Shown here in pieces: positions 49,240-61,500 of a DNA stretch of 64,000 nt. The notes below the pieces were generated by a model. It was not told where the DNA came from, ran no database searches, and saw only the letters and a list, made by a program, of their open reading frames with translations. The stretch's first letter is position 1; the number at the start of each line of letters is the position of its first letter. Made by a program: the position numbers and the translations under genes. Origin of the DNA: Hypanus sabinus (Eukaryota); contig NC_082739.1 of the NCBI RefSeq assembly GCF_030144855.1, positions 35,774,001 through 35,838,000 of the forward strand. Direction: 5' to 3'.

Positions 49240-52200
49240 TTTTTAAATTTTCTCCATCTAGAAAATAGTCTATGCTTTCATTCGTTCCATCAAAGTGCAC
49301 GTTCATAAACTTCCCAGCACTATATTCTATCTGCCACTTCTGTGCCCATTCTCCTAATCTGTTTAAATCCTCTTGTAACCTCCCTGCTTCCTTAACACTA
49401 CCTGCCCCTCCACCTATCTTCGTATCATTAACTAACTTGGCCACAAAGCCATCAATTCCGTCATCCAAATCATTGACATATAATGTAAAAAGAAGTGGTC
49501 CCTGTGGAACTCCACTAGTCACCAGCAGCCAATCAGAAAAGGCTCCCTTTATTCTATTCATTGCCTGCTGCCAATCAACCAATGCTCCATTCATGCTAGT
49601 ATCTTTCCTGTAATACCATAAGCTTTTACCTTGCTAAGCAGCCTCATGTGCAGTACCTTGTCAAAAGTCTTCTGAAAATCCAATTACACAATATCCACCA
49701 ATTCTCCTTTGTCCATCCTGCTTGTTATTTCCTCAAAGAATTCCAACAGAGTTGTCAGGCAAGATGACTTTGGGCTGTTTTATCATGTGCCTTCAGGTAC
49801 CCCGAAATTTCATCCTTAACAATCAACTCCAGCATCATCCCAACCACTGAGGTCAGGTTAACAGGCCTATAGTTTCCTTTCTTCTGCCTCCCTTCATTCT
49901 TAAAGAGTGGAGTGACATTCACAATCTCCCAGTCCTCTGGAACCATTCCAGAATCTAGTGATTCTTGAAAGATCATTACTAATTCCTCTACAATCTCTTC
50001 GGCAACCTCTTTCAGAAACTTGAGGTGTAGTCCATCTGTTCCAGGTGACTTATCTACCTTAAGATGTTTCAGCTTCCCAAGCACCTTCTCCCTAGTAATA
50101 ACAATTGTACTCACTTCTATACCCTGATGCTCTTGAACCTCCAGCATACTGCTAATGTCTTCCATCATGAAGACTGATTCAAAATACTTATTCAGTTCAT
50201 CTGCCATTTCCTTGTCCCCCACTACTACCTATCCAGCATCATTTTCCAGCAGTCCGATACCTACTCTCACCTCTCTTTAACTCTTTATATATCTGATAAA
50301 ACTTTCCTTATCCTCTTTGATATTATTGGCTAGCTTACCTTCGTATTTTATCTTTTTTCTCCCTATGGCTTTTTTAGTTGCCTTCTGCTGGTTTTTAAAA
50401 GCTTCCCAATCCTCTAATTTCCCACTAATTTTTGTTCTATTATAGCCCTCTCTTCTTCTTTTCTGTTGGCTTTGACTTCCCTTGTCAGCCACAGTTGCAT
50501 CATTCTGCCTTTAGAAAATTTTGTCATTATGTATCTATCCTGCGCCTTTCAAATTTCTCCCAGAAACTCTAACCATTGCTGCTCTGCTGTCATCCTGGCT
50601 AGTGTCCCCTTCCAATCAACTGTGGCCAGTTCCTCTCTCATGCCTCTGTAATTCCCCTAACTCCATTATAATACTGATACATTTGACTTTAGCTTCTCCC
50701 TCTCAAACTGCAGGGTGAATTCTATGATATTATGATCACTGTTCTTTCACCCTAAGCTCCCTAATGGAATCCGGCTCATTACACAACACTCATTTCAAAA
50801 TAGTTTATCTCTTATCACAAGCTGCTCTAAAATCCATTTCATAGGCATTCTACAAATTCTCTCTCTTGGGATCTGAACTCTGCACCAATCTACCTGCATA
50901 TGGAAATTCCCCATGACTGTTGTAACATTCATTTTGACATTCATTTACTATCTCCCATTGTAATTTGTAGCCCTCATCCTGGCTAATGTTCAGAGGCCTG
51001 TATATGACTCCCATCAGGATCTTTTTTTTTACCAACAGATAAGCCAATCCCTCTGCTTACCTGCTTGCCTTTTCGATACAATGTGTACCCCTGGATGTTA
51101 AGTTCTCAATGATAATCTTCTTTCAGCCACAACTCAGTGATGCCCACAATGTCATACCTGCCAATCTCTCACAAGATCATCTACCTTATTCTGTACCCTG
51201 CATGCGTTCAAATAGAACACTTCCTGTCCTGTATTTGTCATCCTTTTGATTCTGTCCCTCTGTTACACGACACTCTTCCCACTGACATCTGCCTGTCCTT
51301 CCTGACAGTCTCACTACACACCACCTCTGCTTGTATACCAAATGCCCCATCCTCAGCCCTATCAATCCCTCTCCCTGCCAAATTAATTTAAACCCTCAAC
51401 AGTTCTAGCAAACCTACCCACAGGGATATTGGTCCCTCTCAGATTCAGGTGTAACTTGTCCCTTTTGTACAGATCTTACCTTCCCCAGAAGAGATCCCAA
51501 TGATCCCAAAATCTGAACCCCTGCCCTCTGCACCAGTTCCTCAGCCACATGTTCATCTGCCAAATCACCCTTTTCTTACCCTCATTGGCACATGGCACAG
51601 GCAGCAATCCAGAGATTACTACCTTAGAGGTCACACTTGTCAACTTCCTACCTTGCTCCCTAAATTCCCTCTTCAGGAACTCCTCTCCTTTTCTACCTAT
51701 AGTCATTAGTACCAATATGTACAAGGACTTCTGGCTGCTCACCTTCCCCCTTTAAAAAGCCGTGGACATGATCCAAGACATCCCTAACCCTGGCAGCTGG
51801 GAGGCAACTTACCATCCAAGTGTCTATATCGCACCCACAGATCTCCTGTCTACTCCTCTAACTATGGAATCCCCTATCACTAATGCACTCTTCTTTCCGC
51901 ATCCCATCTGAGCAACAGTGCCAGAGAACTAGTCACCTCGGCTCCTTCCGGTAGGTTCCCCACCCCAGCAGTATCCAAAGCAGTATTCTTATTAATGAGT
52001 CAAACGGCAACAAGGGTACTCTGTACTGGCTGCCCATTTCCCATCCCTCTTCTGACTGTCACCCATTTACCTGCCTTTTGCAACTTAGGGGTGACTACCT
52101 CTCTGTTGCTTATATCATCATCATCTCTTCATTTTCCTGTATGAGCCGAAGGTCATCGAGCTGCAGCTCCAGTTCCTTGACATGCTCTCTGAACAGCTGC

Positions 52201-52380
52201 AGCTCAGTGTACCTGGTGCAGATGTGGTTATCTGGGAGGCTGAAGGTCTCCCACAATTCCCACATCTCACACAAAGAACACAGCACAGCCCCGGAGCCAT
52301 CATCACCAGTCCTAACTATACATTAACAGATGAAGAATGAAGTTATAGTTGAATATATTTGAAAGATTACTTACAACTGC
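49240..52380 (-). mobile_element. CR1 LINE with ORF1 (zinc finger, leucine zipper, SGNH esterase) and ORF2, lacking its 3' end
   Basis: KVVISGLLPVP...WLRNWCRGQGFRFWDHWDLFWGR (51476..51742); RT fragments 49755..50222 and 49178..49594. Confidence 0.92.
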
Positions 52381-53141
52381 TTGTGACTTTTCAAATGGCA
52401 GCTACTGGCAGGCTGCAATCAGCACGAGAGGTTGTTTGTCGATGTCGCAGCACAAGGTTTAAAAAGGTAAGAGCTTGGGTGCTTTTGGCTCTTTCAACGG
52501 TCTGCAATCAGTGCAAGAGATCGTTCAGTGGCGATGTAGCACGAAGTTTAAAAAGAACTCGTGTTTTCGGTGGGCTACAATGAGCAAGAGAGATATTTGT
52601 TGGTGACGCAGTGCAAGGTTTAAAGAGAGCTCCTGTGTCTCTGGCTCTTTCTGGTGGATTGCAATCAGCAAGGGGCCAATATAAAGAAGGGAGGTGTGTG
52701 CAGAGTGGCCATTGGTAGAATGGTCAGTCTTTGGCTCAACAGGCTTGGGCAAGAACAGGCAGAGGTTTTAAGTAAGTTTGTTTCTCGTAAAGTTTTTTTT
52801 CCTGTTAATATACAGCTAGTGCATTTAGAATGGGTTCGGAGGTAGTCGTATTTTGTTTGTGTGAGATATGAGAACTCTGGGAGACCTCCAGTCTCCCTGA
52901 TAGCTACATCTGTATGACGTGCACTGAGCTGCAGCTCCTCAGAGACCATGTTAAGGAACTGGAGCTGCACCTTGATGACCTTTCACTAATATAGGAGATT
53001 GAGGAGGTGATAGATATGAGCTGCAGGGAGATAGTCATCCCTAAGATGCAAGAGGCAGGTAGCTGGGTGACTGTCAGGAAAGGGAAAGGGAATAAGCAGC
53101 CAGTGCAGAGTATCCCTGTGGCCATTCCTCTCAATAATAAG

Positions 53142-53677
53142 TGTAACACCCTGGGGAACGTTTCACTGGTAACGTAATAGTCTTTCTGTAGAAGCAGTGT
53201 TTGGGTTATGGCTAGAGATAATGGGGGCTTTGGAATGTGCACCATCCAATGAAGGGTGTGTGTTTTCGTGCTGTGTGCCTGACACCAGGGTGAGCTGGGT
53301 CTTTTGTTCGGTGGGAGATAAAGAGGGAAGACGCTGGAGTGGAGCCATGATCCAACGAAGGCCAGGAGATCGAAGGAGGATCGGCAAAGGGGGACCATGA
53401 GCTCCAACTTGTGCACATTAAACTGTTTCGCTAAAATGGGCCCTTTTCTTTACTAACCCTTTAGTCAAATTAAGAACTATAAAGCTAAATCGTTTAATTG
53501 TATGCGGTGTGCTGTCTGTTATTTCATGGTACTGATTTATAACAGGGTAACAAATCACTCAGCATTCACACAAGCAGGGGGATTTTGGGGTGAACTTGCA
53601 TCTCAATCTCACCCGTTTGGCAGGGTCAAAGATGGTCTTCCCTGGACTTAAGCAGCCAACAGAACCTGAGGGTTACA
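53142..53677. mobile_element. Solo LTR (536 bp), probably Ty3/Gypsy type
   Basis: TGTAAC...GTTACA termini and 4-bp TSD TAAG at 53138-53141 and 53678-53681. Confidence 0.88.
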
Positions 53678-53928
53678 TAAGTATACTGCTTTGGACATTG
53701 TTGGGGCGGGTGGGGGGGGGGGGGGGGAACACGCAGGCGAACCTGTCGGGACCAGGTCTCTGGCACTGAGCCTGGCTCTGTGGCTCAGAAGGGAGGGGGC
53801 TGGTGGGGGAGAAGAGGAGTGCAGTAGTGATAGGGGATTCCATAGTTAGAGGAGCAGACAGGAGATCCTTTGGACATGATATAGACATTCCAATTGCTTG
53901 TTGCCTCCTAGGTGCCAGGGTTAGGGAT

Positions 53929-55210
53929 TTGGTTCCTGCGTGGTAGGTCATGTCTAACCAATCTTATGAAGTCTTTCAAGGAAGTTACAGGAAAGTGGAT
54001 GAAGGCAAGGCAATGGATGTTGTCTACATGGATTTTAGCAAGGCATTTGACAAGGTCCTGCATGGGAAGTTGGTCAGGAAGGTTCAGTCACTTGTCATTC
54101 AGGATGAGGTAATTAATTTGATTAGACATTGGCTTCATAGGAGAAGCCAGAGAGTGATTGTAGATGGTTGCCTCTCTGACTGGAGGCCTGTGACTGACTA
54201 GTGGAGTGCCACAGGGATTGGTGCTGGGTCCTTTGTTGTTTGTCATCTATATCAATGATCTGGATGATAATGTGGTTAACTGGATCAGCCAATTTGTGGA
54301 TGACACCAAGATTAGGGGTGTAGTGGATAGCGAGGAAGGCTGTCATGGCTTGCAGAGGGATCTGCATCAGCTGGAAAAATAGGCTGAAAAATGGCAGATG
54401 GAATTTAATGCAGACAATTACGAGGTTTTACACTTCGGTAGCACCAACCAGGGTAGATCTTTCACAGTGAACAGTAGGGCACTGAGGAGTGTGGTACAAC
54501 AAAGGGATATGAACAAAGGTCTATAATTCATTGAAAGTGGCATCACAGGTAGATAAGGTCGTAAAGAAAGCTTTTGGCACATTGGACTCCATAGATGAAC
54601 GTACTGAGTACACCAGACATGATGTTATGTTGAGGCTGTACAAGAAATTGGTGAGGCCTAATTTGGAGTATTGAGTGTAGATTTGGTCACCTACCTACAG
54701 GAAAGATGTAAACAAGGTTGAAAGAGCACAGAGAAAATTTACAAGGATGTTGCCAGTTCTGAAGAACTTGAGTTATAAGGAAAGTTTGAAGAGGTTCAGA
54801 CTGTATTCTTTAGAACGTAGAAGACTGAGATGTGATTTGATAGAGGTATACAAAATTATGAGGGGTATAGATAGGGTAAATGTGAGCAGGCTTTTTCCAC
54901 TGAGTTTGGGTGGGATTACAACCAGAGGTCATGGGTTAAGGGTGAAAGATGAGAACTTTAAGGGGAATATGAGGGAAAACGTCTTCATTCAGAGGTTCAT
55001 GAGAGTGTGGAATGAACTTCCAGCGCAAGTAGCATATGCAAGCTCAATTTCAATGTTTAGGAGAAGTTTGGACAGGTACATGGATAGTAGGGGTATGGAT
55101 GGCTATGTTCCTGGTGTAGAGTGATGGGAGTAGGCAGTCTAAAAGGCTTTAGTATGGACTAGATGAGCTGAAGGGCCCATTTCTGCACTGTACCTCTCTA
55201 TGCTCTCTAT
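53929..55210 (+). mobile_element. 5'-truncated CR1 (RT 3' half) nested in host ORF1
   Basis: RSCLTNL, VVYMDFSKAFDKV and TRGH motifs; tail ctctatgctctctat. Confidence 0.9.
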
Positions 55211-55267
55211 GTCTTGGATCAGGTCCACGGCATTCTAAATGGGGAGGTTTAAAAGCTGGTACATATT

Positions 55268-55400
55268 AAGAACATAAGAAATAGGAGCAGGAGTAGGCCA
55301 TCTGGCTCGTCCAGCCTGCTCTGCCGTTCAATGAGATCATGGCTGATCTGGCCATGGACTATCTCCACCCACCTGCCTTTACTTTAAAACTCTTAATTCT
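55268..55400 (-). mobile_element. Short CR1 3' end nested in host ORF1
   Basis: aagaacataagaaataggagcaggagtaggcc tail; TSD CATATT at 55262-55267 and 55401-55406. Confidence 0.85.
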
Positions 55401-58400
55401 CATATTGGTATCAACAACATAGGTAGGAAAAGGGAGGAGGTCCTGAAGAAGGAATCTTGGGAGTTAGGTAGAAAGTTGAAAAGCGGGACTTCCAGGGTAG
55501 TAATCTCTGGATTGCTGCTTGTGCCACACACAATTGTGGGTAAGGATAGTTTGAATGGCAGATGAATGTGTGGCTGAAGAATTGGGCAGGGTTTCAGATT
55601 TCTAGATCACTGGGATCTCTTCTGGTATGACCTGTATGAAAAGGACGGGTTACATCTGAACCCAATAGTGACCAATATCTTTGTGGGCAGGTTTGTTAGA
55701 GCTTTTGGGGAGGGTTTAAATTAATTTGACTGGGGGATGAGAACCGGAGTGATAGGGCAGCGGATGGGGCAGTGGTATACAAGTTGATGCAGTGTGTAGT
55801 GAGATTGTGAGGAAGGACAGGCAGATGATAGGGCAAAAATTGCGGTCTGTTAGATAAGCTAAAGTGTAACATGGGGGGAAAATCAAAAAGGTGATGAATA
55901 GAGGACAGACGATGTAATATTTGAATGCATACAGTACTCAGAATAATGTAAATGATCTTGTAGCACAGTGAGATATTGGCAGGTATGACGTTGTGGGCAT
56001 CACTAAATCATGGCTGAAGGAAGATCATAGTTGAGAGCTTAACATCCAAGGATACACATTGTATTGAAATGACAGGCAAGTAAGTAGAGTGGATGGGGTG
56101 GCTCTGTTGGTAGAAAATAAAATAAAATCCTTAGAAAGAGATGACATACGATCAGAAGATGTAGAATCTTTGTGGGTAGAGTTAAGAAACTGCAAGGGTA
56201 AAAAGACCCTGATGGGAGTTATATACAGGCCTCCAAACCTCCAAAGGGTGTGGTGTACAATTTACAACAGGAGACAGAAAAGGCATGTAAAAAGGGCAAT
56301 GTTGTGGTAATCATGGAGGATTTCAATATGCAGGTATAGTAGATTGGGAAAATCCAGTTAGTGCTGTAAGAGAGGGAATTTGTAGAATGCCTACGAGATA
56401 GCTTTCCACAACAGCTTGTGATTGAGCCCACAAGGGGAATGGCAATTCTGGATTGGGTGGTGTATAATGACCCAGATTTGAGAAGAGAGCTTAAGGTAAA
56501 GGAACCCTTTGGAGACATTGATCATTATACAGTACAATAGAATTCACCCTGCAGTTTGAGAAGGAGAAGCTTGTATCAGTATTACAGTGCAGTGAAGGGA
56601 ATTACAGAGGCATGAAAGAGGAGCTGGCCAAAGCTGATTGGAAGGGGACACTAACAGTGATGATGGTAGAACAGCAGTGTCCAGAGTTTCTGGGGGCAAA
56701 TTAGAAGGTGCAGGATAGTTACATCCCGAAGATGAAGAAGTATTCTAAAAAGAGGATGAGGCAACTGTGTCTGACAAGGGAAAAGGCCATAAAGAGAGGG
56801 AAGATAAAATATGAAGGTAAGCTAGCCAATAATATAAAAGAAGATACAAAAAGTTTTTTCAGATATATAAAGGGTAAAAAGGAGACGAGAGTGGATATCA
56901 GACTACTAGAAAATGATGCTAGAGAGGTAGTAAATGGGGGACAAAGAAATTGCGGAGGAATTTAATAAGTATTTTGCATCAGTCTTCACTAAGGAAGACA
57001 CTAGCAGAATGCCAGAAATTCAAGAATTGGGAAGCTGAAGAGTCTGAAGGCAGGTAAGTCACCTGGACCAGATGGACTACACCCCAGCGTTCTGAAAGAG
57101 GTGGCTGAAGAGATTGTGGAGGCATTAGTCATGATCTTTCAAGAATCACTAAATTTTGGAATGGTTCCAAATGTCTGGAAAATTACAAACATCACTCCAC
57201 TCTTTCAGAAGAGGGGGAGGCAAAAGAAAGGAAATTATAGGGCAGTTAGTCTGACCTCAGTGGTCAGAAAAATGTTGGAGTCTGTTATTAAGGATGAGGT
57301 TTCAGGGTTCTTAGAGGCAAATGATAAAATATGCCAAAGTCAACATAATTTTTTCAAGGACAAATCTTGCCTGACAAATCTGTTGGAATTCTTTGAGGAA
57401 ATAACAAGCAGGATAGACAAAGTAGAATCAGTTGATTTTGTGTTTTTCAAAAGGCTTATGACAAGGTGCCGCACATGAGGCTGCTTAACAAAGTAAGAGC
57501 CCATGGAATTACAGGAAAGGTACTAGCACAGACTGAAGATTGGCTGACTGGCAGGAAGTAAAGAGTGGGAATAAAGGGAGCCTGTGACTAGTGGTGTGCC
57601 ATAGGGTAAGTGTTGGGACCACTTCTTTTCACTTTATATGTCAATGATTCAGATGAAGGAATTGACCCTTCATCAACTAGGTGGAGGGGAAGGTAGTGCT
57701 GAGGAAGCAGAATGTCTGCAGAAAGATATAGACAGATTGGGGGAATGGGCAAAGAAGCGGCAGTTGGAATACAGTGTAGAGAAGTGCATAGTCATGCACT
57801 TCGGTAGAAGGAATAAAGGTGTGGTGTGGACTACTTTGTAAGTGAGGAGAATATCCAAAAATCAGAGGTGAAAAGGGACATGGAAGTCCTTGTGAAGATT
57901 TCCTTAAAGGTTAACTTGCAGGTTAAGTTGGTGGTAAGGAAGGAAAATGCAATGTTGGCATTCATGTTGACTAGACTACAAAAGCAAAGATGTGATGCTG
58001 AGGCTTTATAAAGTCAGACCGCACTTGGAGTATTGTGAGCGGTTTTGGGACTCTTATCTAAGAAAAGATGTGCTGGCATTGGAAAGGGTCCAGAGGAGGT
58101 TCACGAGAATGATCCCAGGAATGAAAGGGTTAATATATGAGCAGTGTTTAATGGCTCTGGGCCTGTACTCACTGGAGTTCAGAAGAATGAGGAGGGATCT
58201 TATTGAAACCTATCAAATATTAAAAGACCTAAACAGGATGTGGAGACGTTTCCTATAGCGGGAGTCTAGGACCATAGGGCATAGCCTCAGAATTAAGGAG
58301 CACCCATTCAGAAAAGAGATGAGGAAAAATTGCTTTAGCCACAGGGTGGTGAATCTGTGGGATTCATTGCTACAGACAGCAGTGCAGGTCAGTTCATTGG

Positions 58401-58891
58401 GCATATTTAAGATGGAGGTTGATAGGTTCTTGATTAATCAGAGCATCAAAGGTTACAGGGAGAAGGCAGGAGGGATAATAAATCAGCCATGATGGGCTGA
58501 ATGGCCTAATTCTGCTCCTATGCTTTATGGTCTATTTAGAAAGCAAGCTTAGCAAACAACCAAGAAAGAGAAGGAGGCCTACTGGCCAAGTAGTGAATAT
58601 CCATCACACAACCATCAAAATGCGTCCTCAGATTCCCTTGTGTCTGTCTTCCCAACCAGTTTGAGGAAATCTATGATACTTGGCAGTCTAATCACTTTCC
58701 TCCGGAACTTGTCTGGAGCTATCACAAACAGACCCTTGTATTGGAACATTAGTACAAACTATTGTGTACTCCTTTGAACCTTTGTCCAACTCGATCAGTT
58801 GGTAAGCAGGTGAGGAACCACCCTCCCTGTAGCTGATCAAACAAGTCATCTCTCAGATGGTTGGGGATCCATCCTCCATTACCTGTCTTCA

Positions 58892-59280
58892 AATTCAGAA
58901 TCAGATTTATCATACGTTGTAAAATTTGTTGTTTTGTGACAGCAGTGCAATGCAATACATGTTAAAATTATTATAAATTACAATAAATAAATAAATAGTG
59001 CAAAAAGAGAGTGAAATAGTGTGGTAGTGTTCACGGGCTCATGAGCCATTCAGAATTCTGATAACGGAGGGGAAGAAGTTTAAGACGTTCCTAAAACGTT
59101 GAGTGTGTGTCCTCGGGCTTCTGTACCTCCTCCCTGATGGTAGTGATGAGAAGGGGGCATGTCCTGAACGGTGAGGGTCCTTCATGATGCATGCCGCCTT
59201 CTTGAGGCAAGGCCATTTGATGATGTCCTCAATAGTGGGGAAGCTGGTGGCCATGTTGGAGCTGGCCGAGTGTACAACCG
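58892..59280 (-). mobile_element. Rex1/Babar-type LINE 3' end
   Basis: SLPSGRRYRSPRTHTQRFRN...FFPSVIRILNG motif and ctgattctgaa tail. Confidence 0.88.
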
Positions 59281-59874
59281 TTGTAATCGCCACTAATCCC
59301 ACATACATCTGTCTTCCAGAACAGCCAGTGTGGCTGGTCAGAAATCTCATTCGGTTTAATGTGGCCTGCTTCCTGGAGTTTCATCATCTGTTCCTCTTAA
59401 GGCTGCAGAGCAGAGACCTGACATAAACCTCAGGCCTGGCACTCTCCTTGAGATGGACCTTGGCGTCCACATCCTGAGTGTTTCTGAGCTTATCACAAAA
59501 TGCCCTGGCTACTTGTCCAGCACAGGGAACAGACAGCTTCCTCACCCTTTGGGCCTCCATCCAGTCCAGTTTTACTCTAATGGCCATTTTCAACCTTGCA
59601 CAGAGGGTGGTGACAAAGAAATGTCAGAAGAGGGAGCTTTGCTTCCCTGTCATTGCTCCTTGTGGTAACCTCCACCTACCCAACACCAGGAGGAAAATTT
59701 GTCCACCCTCCTAGCTGGCCAGTACCATACATCGCTGAACCTGCTGATTCCCAAGCACTTTTTCTTTCACTCAATACACCTCTGAAGTACGGAGAAGTTT
59801 AGTAGCCTTTTGCCTTGACAGGTAAAGTCTGAATATTCCACACAGGTCACCACCTTCTTCACCCAGTTGGCACA

Positions 59875-60280
59875 ACATGATCTCAATGGTGGAGAAGGTT
59901 GTGCCTGTGATGGAGCTGGCTGAGTCAACAACCCTCTGATCCTGTGCATTGGAGCCTCCACACCAGACAATGATGCAACCAGTCAGAATGCTCTCCATCA
60001 TGCACCTTGAAACTTGCTCGAGTCCTTGGTAACTTACCAAATCTCAAACTATTAATAAAGTATAGCAGCTGGTGCACCTTCTTTGGAATTGCATTGGCTC
60101 CAGGATAAATCCACTGAGATATTGACAGCCAAGGACTTGACACTACATACCATTTCCACTGCTGGCCCCTCAAATGAGGACCGATGTGTGCTTTCCCAAC
60201 TTCCCCTTCCTGAAGTCCATAATCAATTCCTTGGTCTTGCTGACGTTGAGAGCAGAGTTGTTAGATAACCAGCGGTGTCA
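59875..60280 (-). mobile_element. Second Rex1/Babar-type fragment
   Basis: ESILTGCIIVWCGGS motif (ORF 59771..60040). Confidence 0.8.
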
Positions 60281-60589
60281 TGATGGTGTAGCGTGAAGGG
60301 GAACCTGTGAGTGCTGGTGTCCCCATGAGCCCATAGTTATTATTCTCCCAGGTGATAAAGGACTTGGATCTAGGAAATGCCATGCCAACAGCCAGATAAA
60401 CACTGTGGCTTCTGTGCAGGTCAGAGAGTGGGAATTGCACAGCAAGTGGCTCATCTGCTGACACAACACCCCTCTCCACACAAATCAGGGGTGTGAAGGA
60501 GAAGGCTCCACTGGTGACTCCGACACTCAGGAAGATCTGGGACAAAGTACCTCATTTGGTTGGCACCTCAAACATTACCCTAAAATGTT

Positions 60590-60910
60590 ATCTTCTCTGC
60601 AGGCTCAGAGTGTGCTGTTTACAAAGCTCACTGTGGGTATAAGTCTAGGGTATTTAAACACCCCTGACCACAAAGAGTACACAGGAATACCACCACCTGC
60701 AAATTTCCAAACCTGGAAATGCAACGTCTGCCCTTCGTCGCTGTTGGGTCAAAACCCTGGAACTTATTATCCATCAGCACTGTAGGGGCACCTTCCCCAA
60801 ATGGACTGCAGCTGCAACTCACCACAACCCTCTCAAGAGGGCAGCTATGGTCAGGTTGTATATACTCTCTTAACCATAATACTCACGTCCTATTTATGAA
60901 CATAAAATCA
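60590..60910 (+). mobile_element. Ancient CR1-group LINE 3' end
   Basis: ccttcgtcgctgttgggtcaaaaccctggaac...ggactgcagc...ctcaccacaaccctctcaag tail. Confidence 0.6.
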
Positions 60911-61032
60911 GGAGCAAAACTCTCACAACAATGCAAGTTCTGTTCTAAAGGTAACAATATATCTTTCTACTTATTTAAACCTCATTATCTATACATATAT
61001 CCTTGATAAGCACTTGTTCAATGTCTCATCTG

Positions 61033-61500
61033 CACTCAGTGGCCACTTTATTAGGTACTTCCTGCACACTACTGTTGAAACTTGTGGTTATTTGAGTTAG
61101 TCACCTTCCTGTCAGCTTGAAACAGTCTGGCCATTCTCCTCAGACCTTGCTCATTAACAAGCCATTTTCACCCATAGAATCGCTGCTGACTGGATGCTTT
61201 TTTTTTGTTTGTTTTTCACACCACTCTCTGGAAACTCTTGAGACTGTTGTGTATGAAAATCCCAGGAGATGAGCAGTTTTTGAGATACTCAAACCACCCC
61301 GTCTGGCACCAACAATCATTCCACAGTTAGTTACTTAGATCACTTTTCTTCCCCATTCTGAAGTTTGGTCTGAACAACAACTGAACCTCTTGACCACATC
61401 TGTATGTCTTTATGCATTGAGTTGCTGCCACGTGATTGGCTGATTAGCTATTTGCATTAAAGAGGTGCACAGGTGTCCCTAATGAAGTGGCCACTGAGTG
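61033..61500 (-). mobile_element. Non-autonomous Tc1 derivative
   Basis: TIRs CACTCAGTGGCCACTTTATTAGG and CCTAATGAAGTGGCCACTGAGTG, flanked by TG and TA. Body is colinear with 31.1-31.6 kb. Confidence 0.92.

Larger units (their letters stand above)
52385..58535 (+). mobile_element. Near-full-length degraded CR1 (5' UTR repeats, ORF1 from ATG 52830, ORF2, tail) hosting three nested insertions
   Basis: ORF1 sequence is continuous across the junctions at 53141/53682, 53928/55211 and 55267/55407. ORF2 remnants span 55.9-58.4 kb; tail tatggtcta. Confidence 0.88.

Noticed and set aside
52413-52690. CRISPR-like repeat-spacer array
   Set aside because: Whole units are diverged homologues rather than identical repeats with unique spacers; eukaryotic context and no cas genes.
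53702-53727. Poly-G run as a functional G-quadruplex
   Set aside because: Expansion of a G-run within CR1 ORF1 sequence; also prone to sequencing error.
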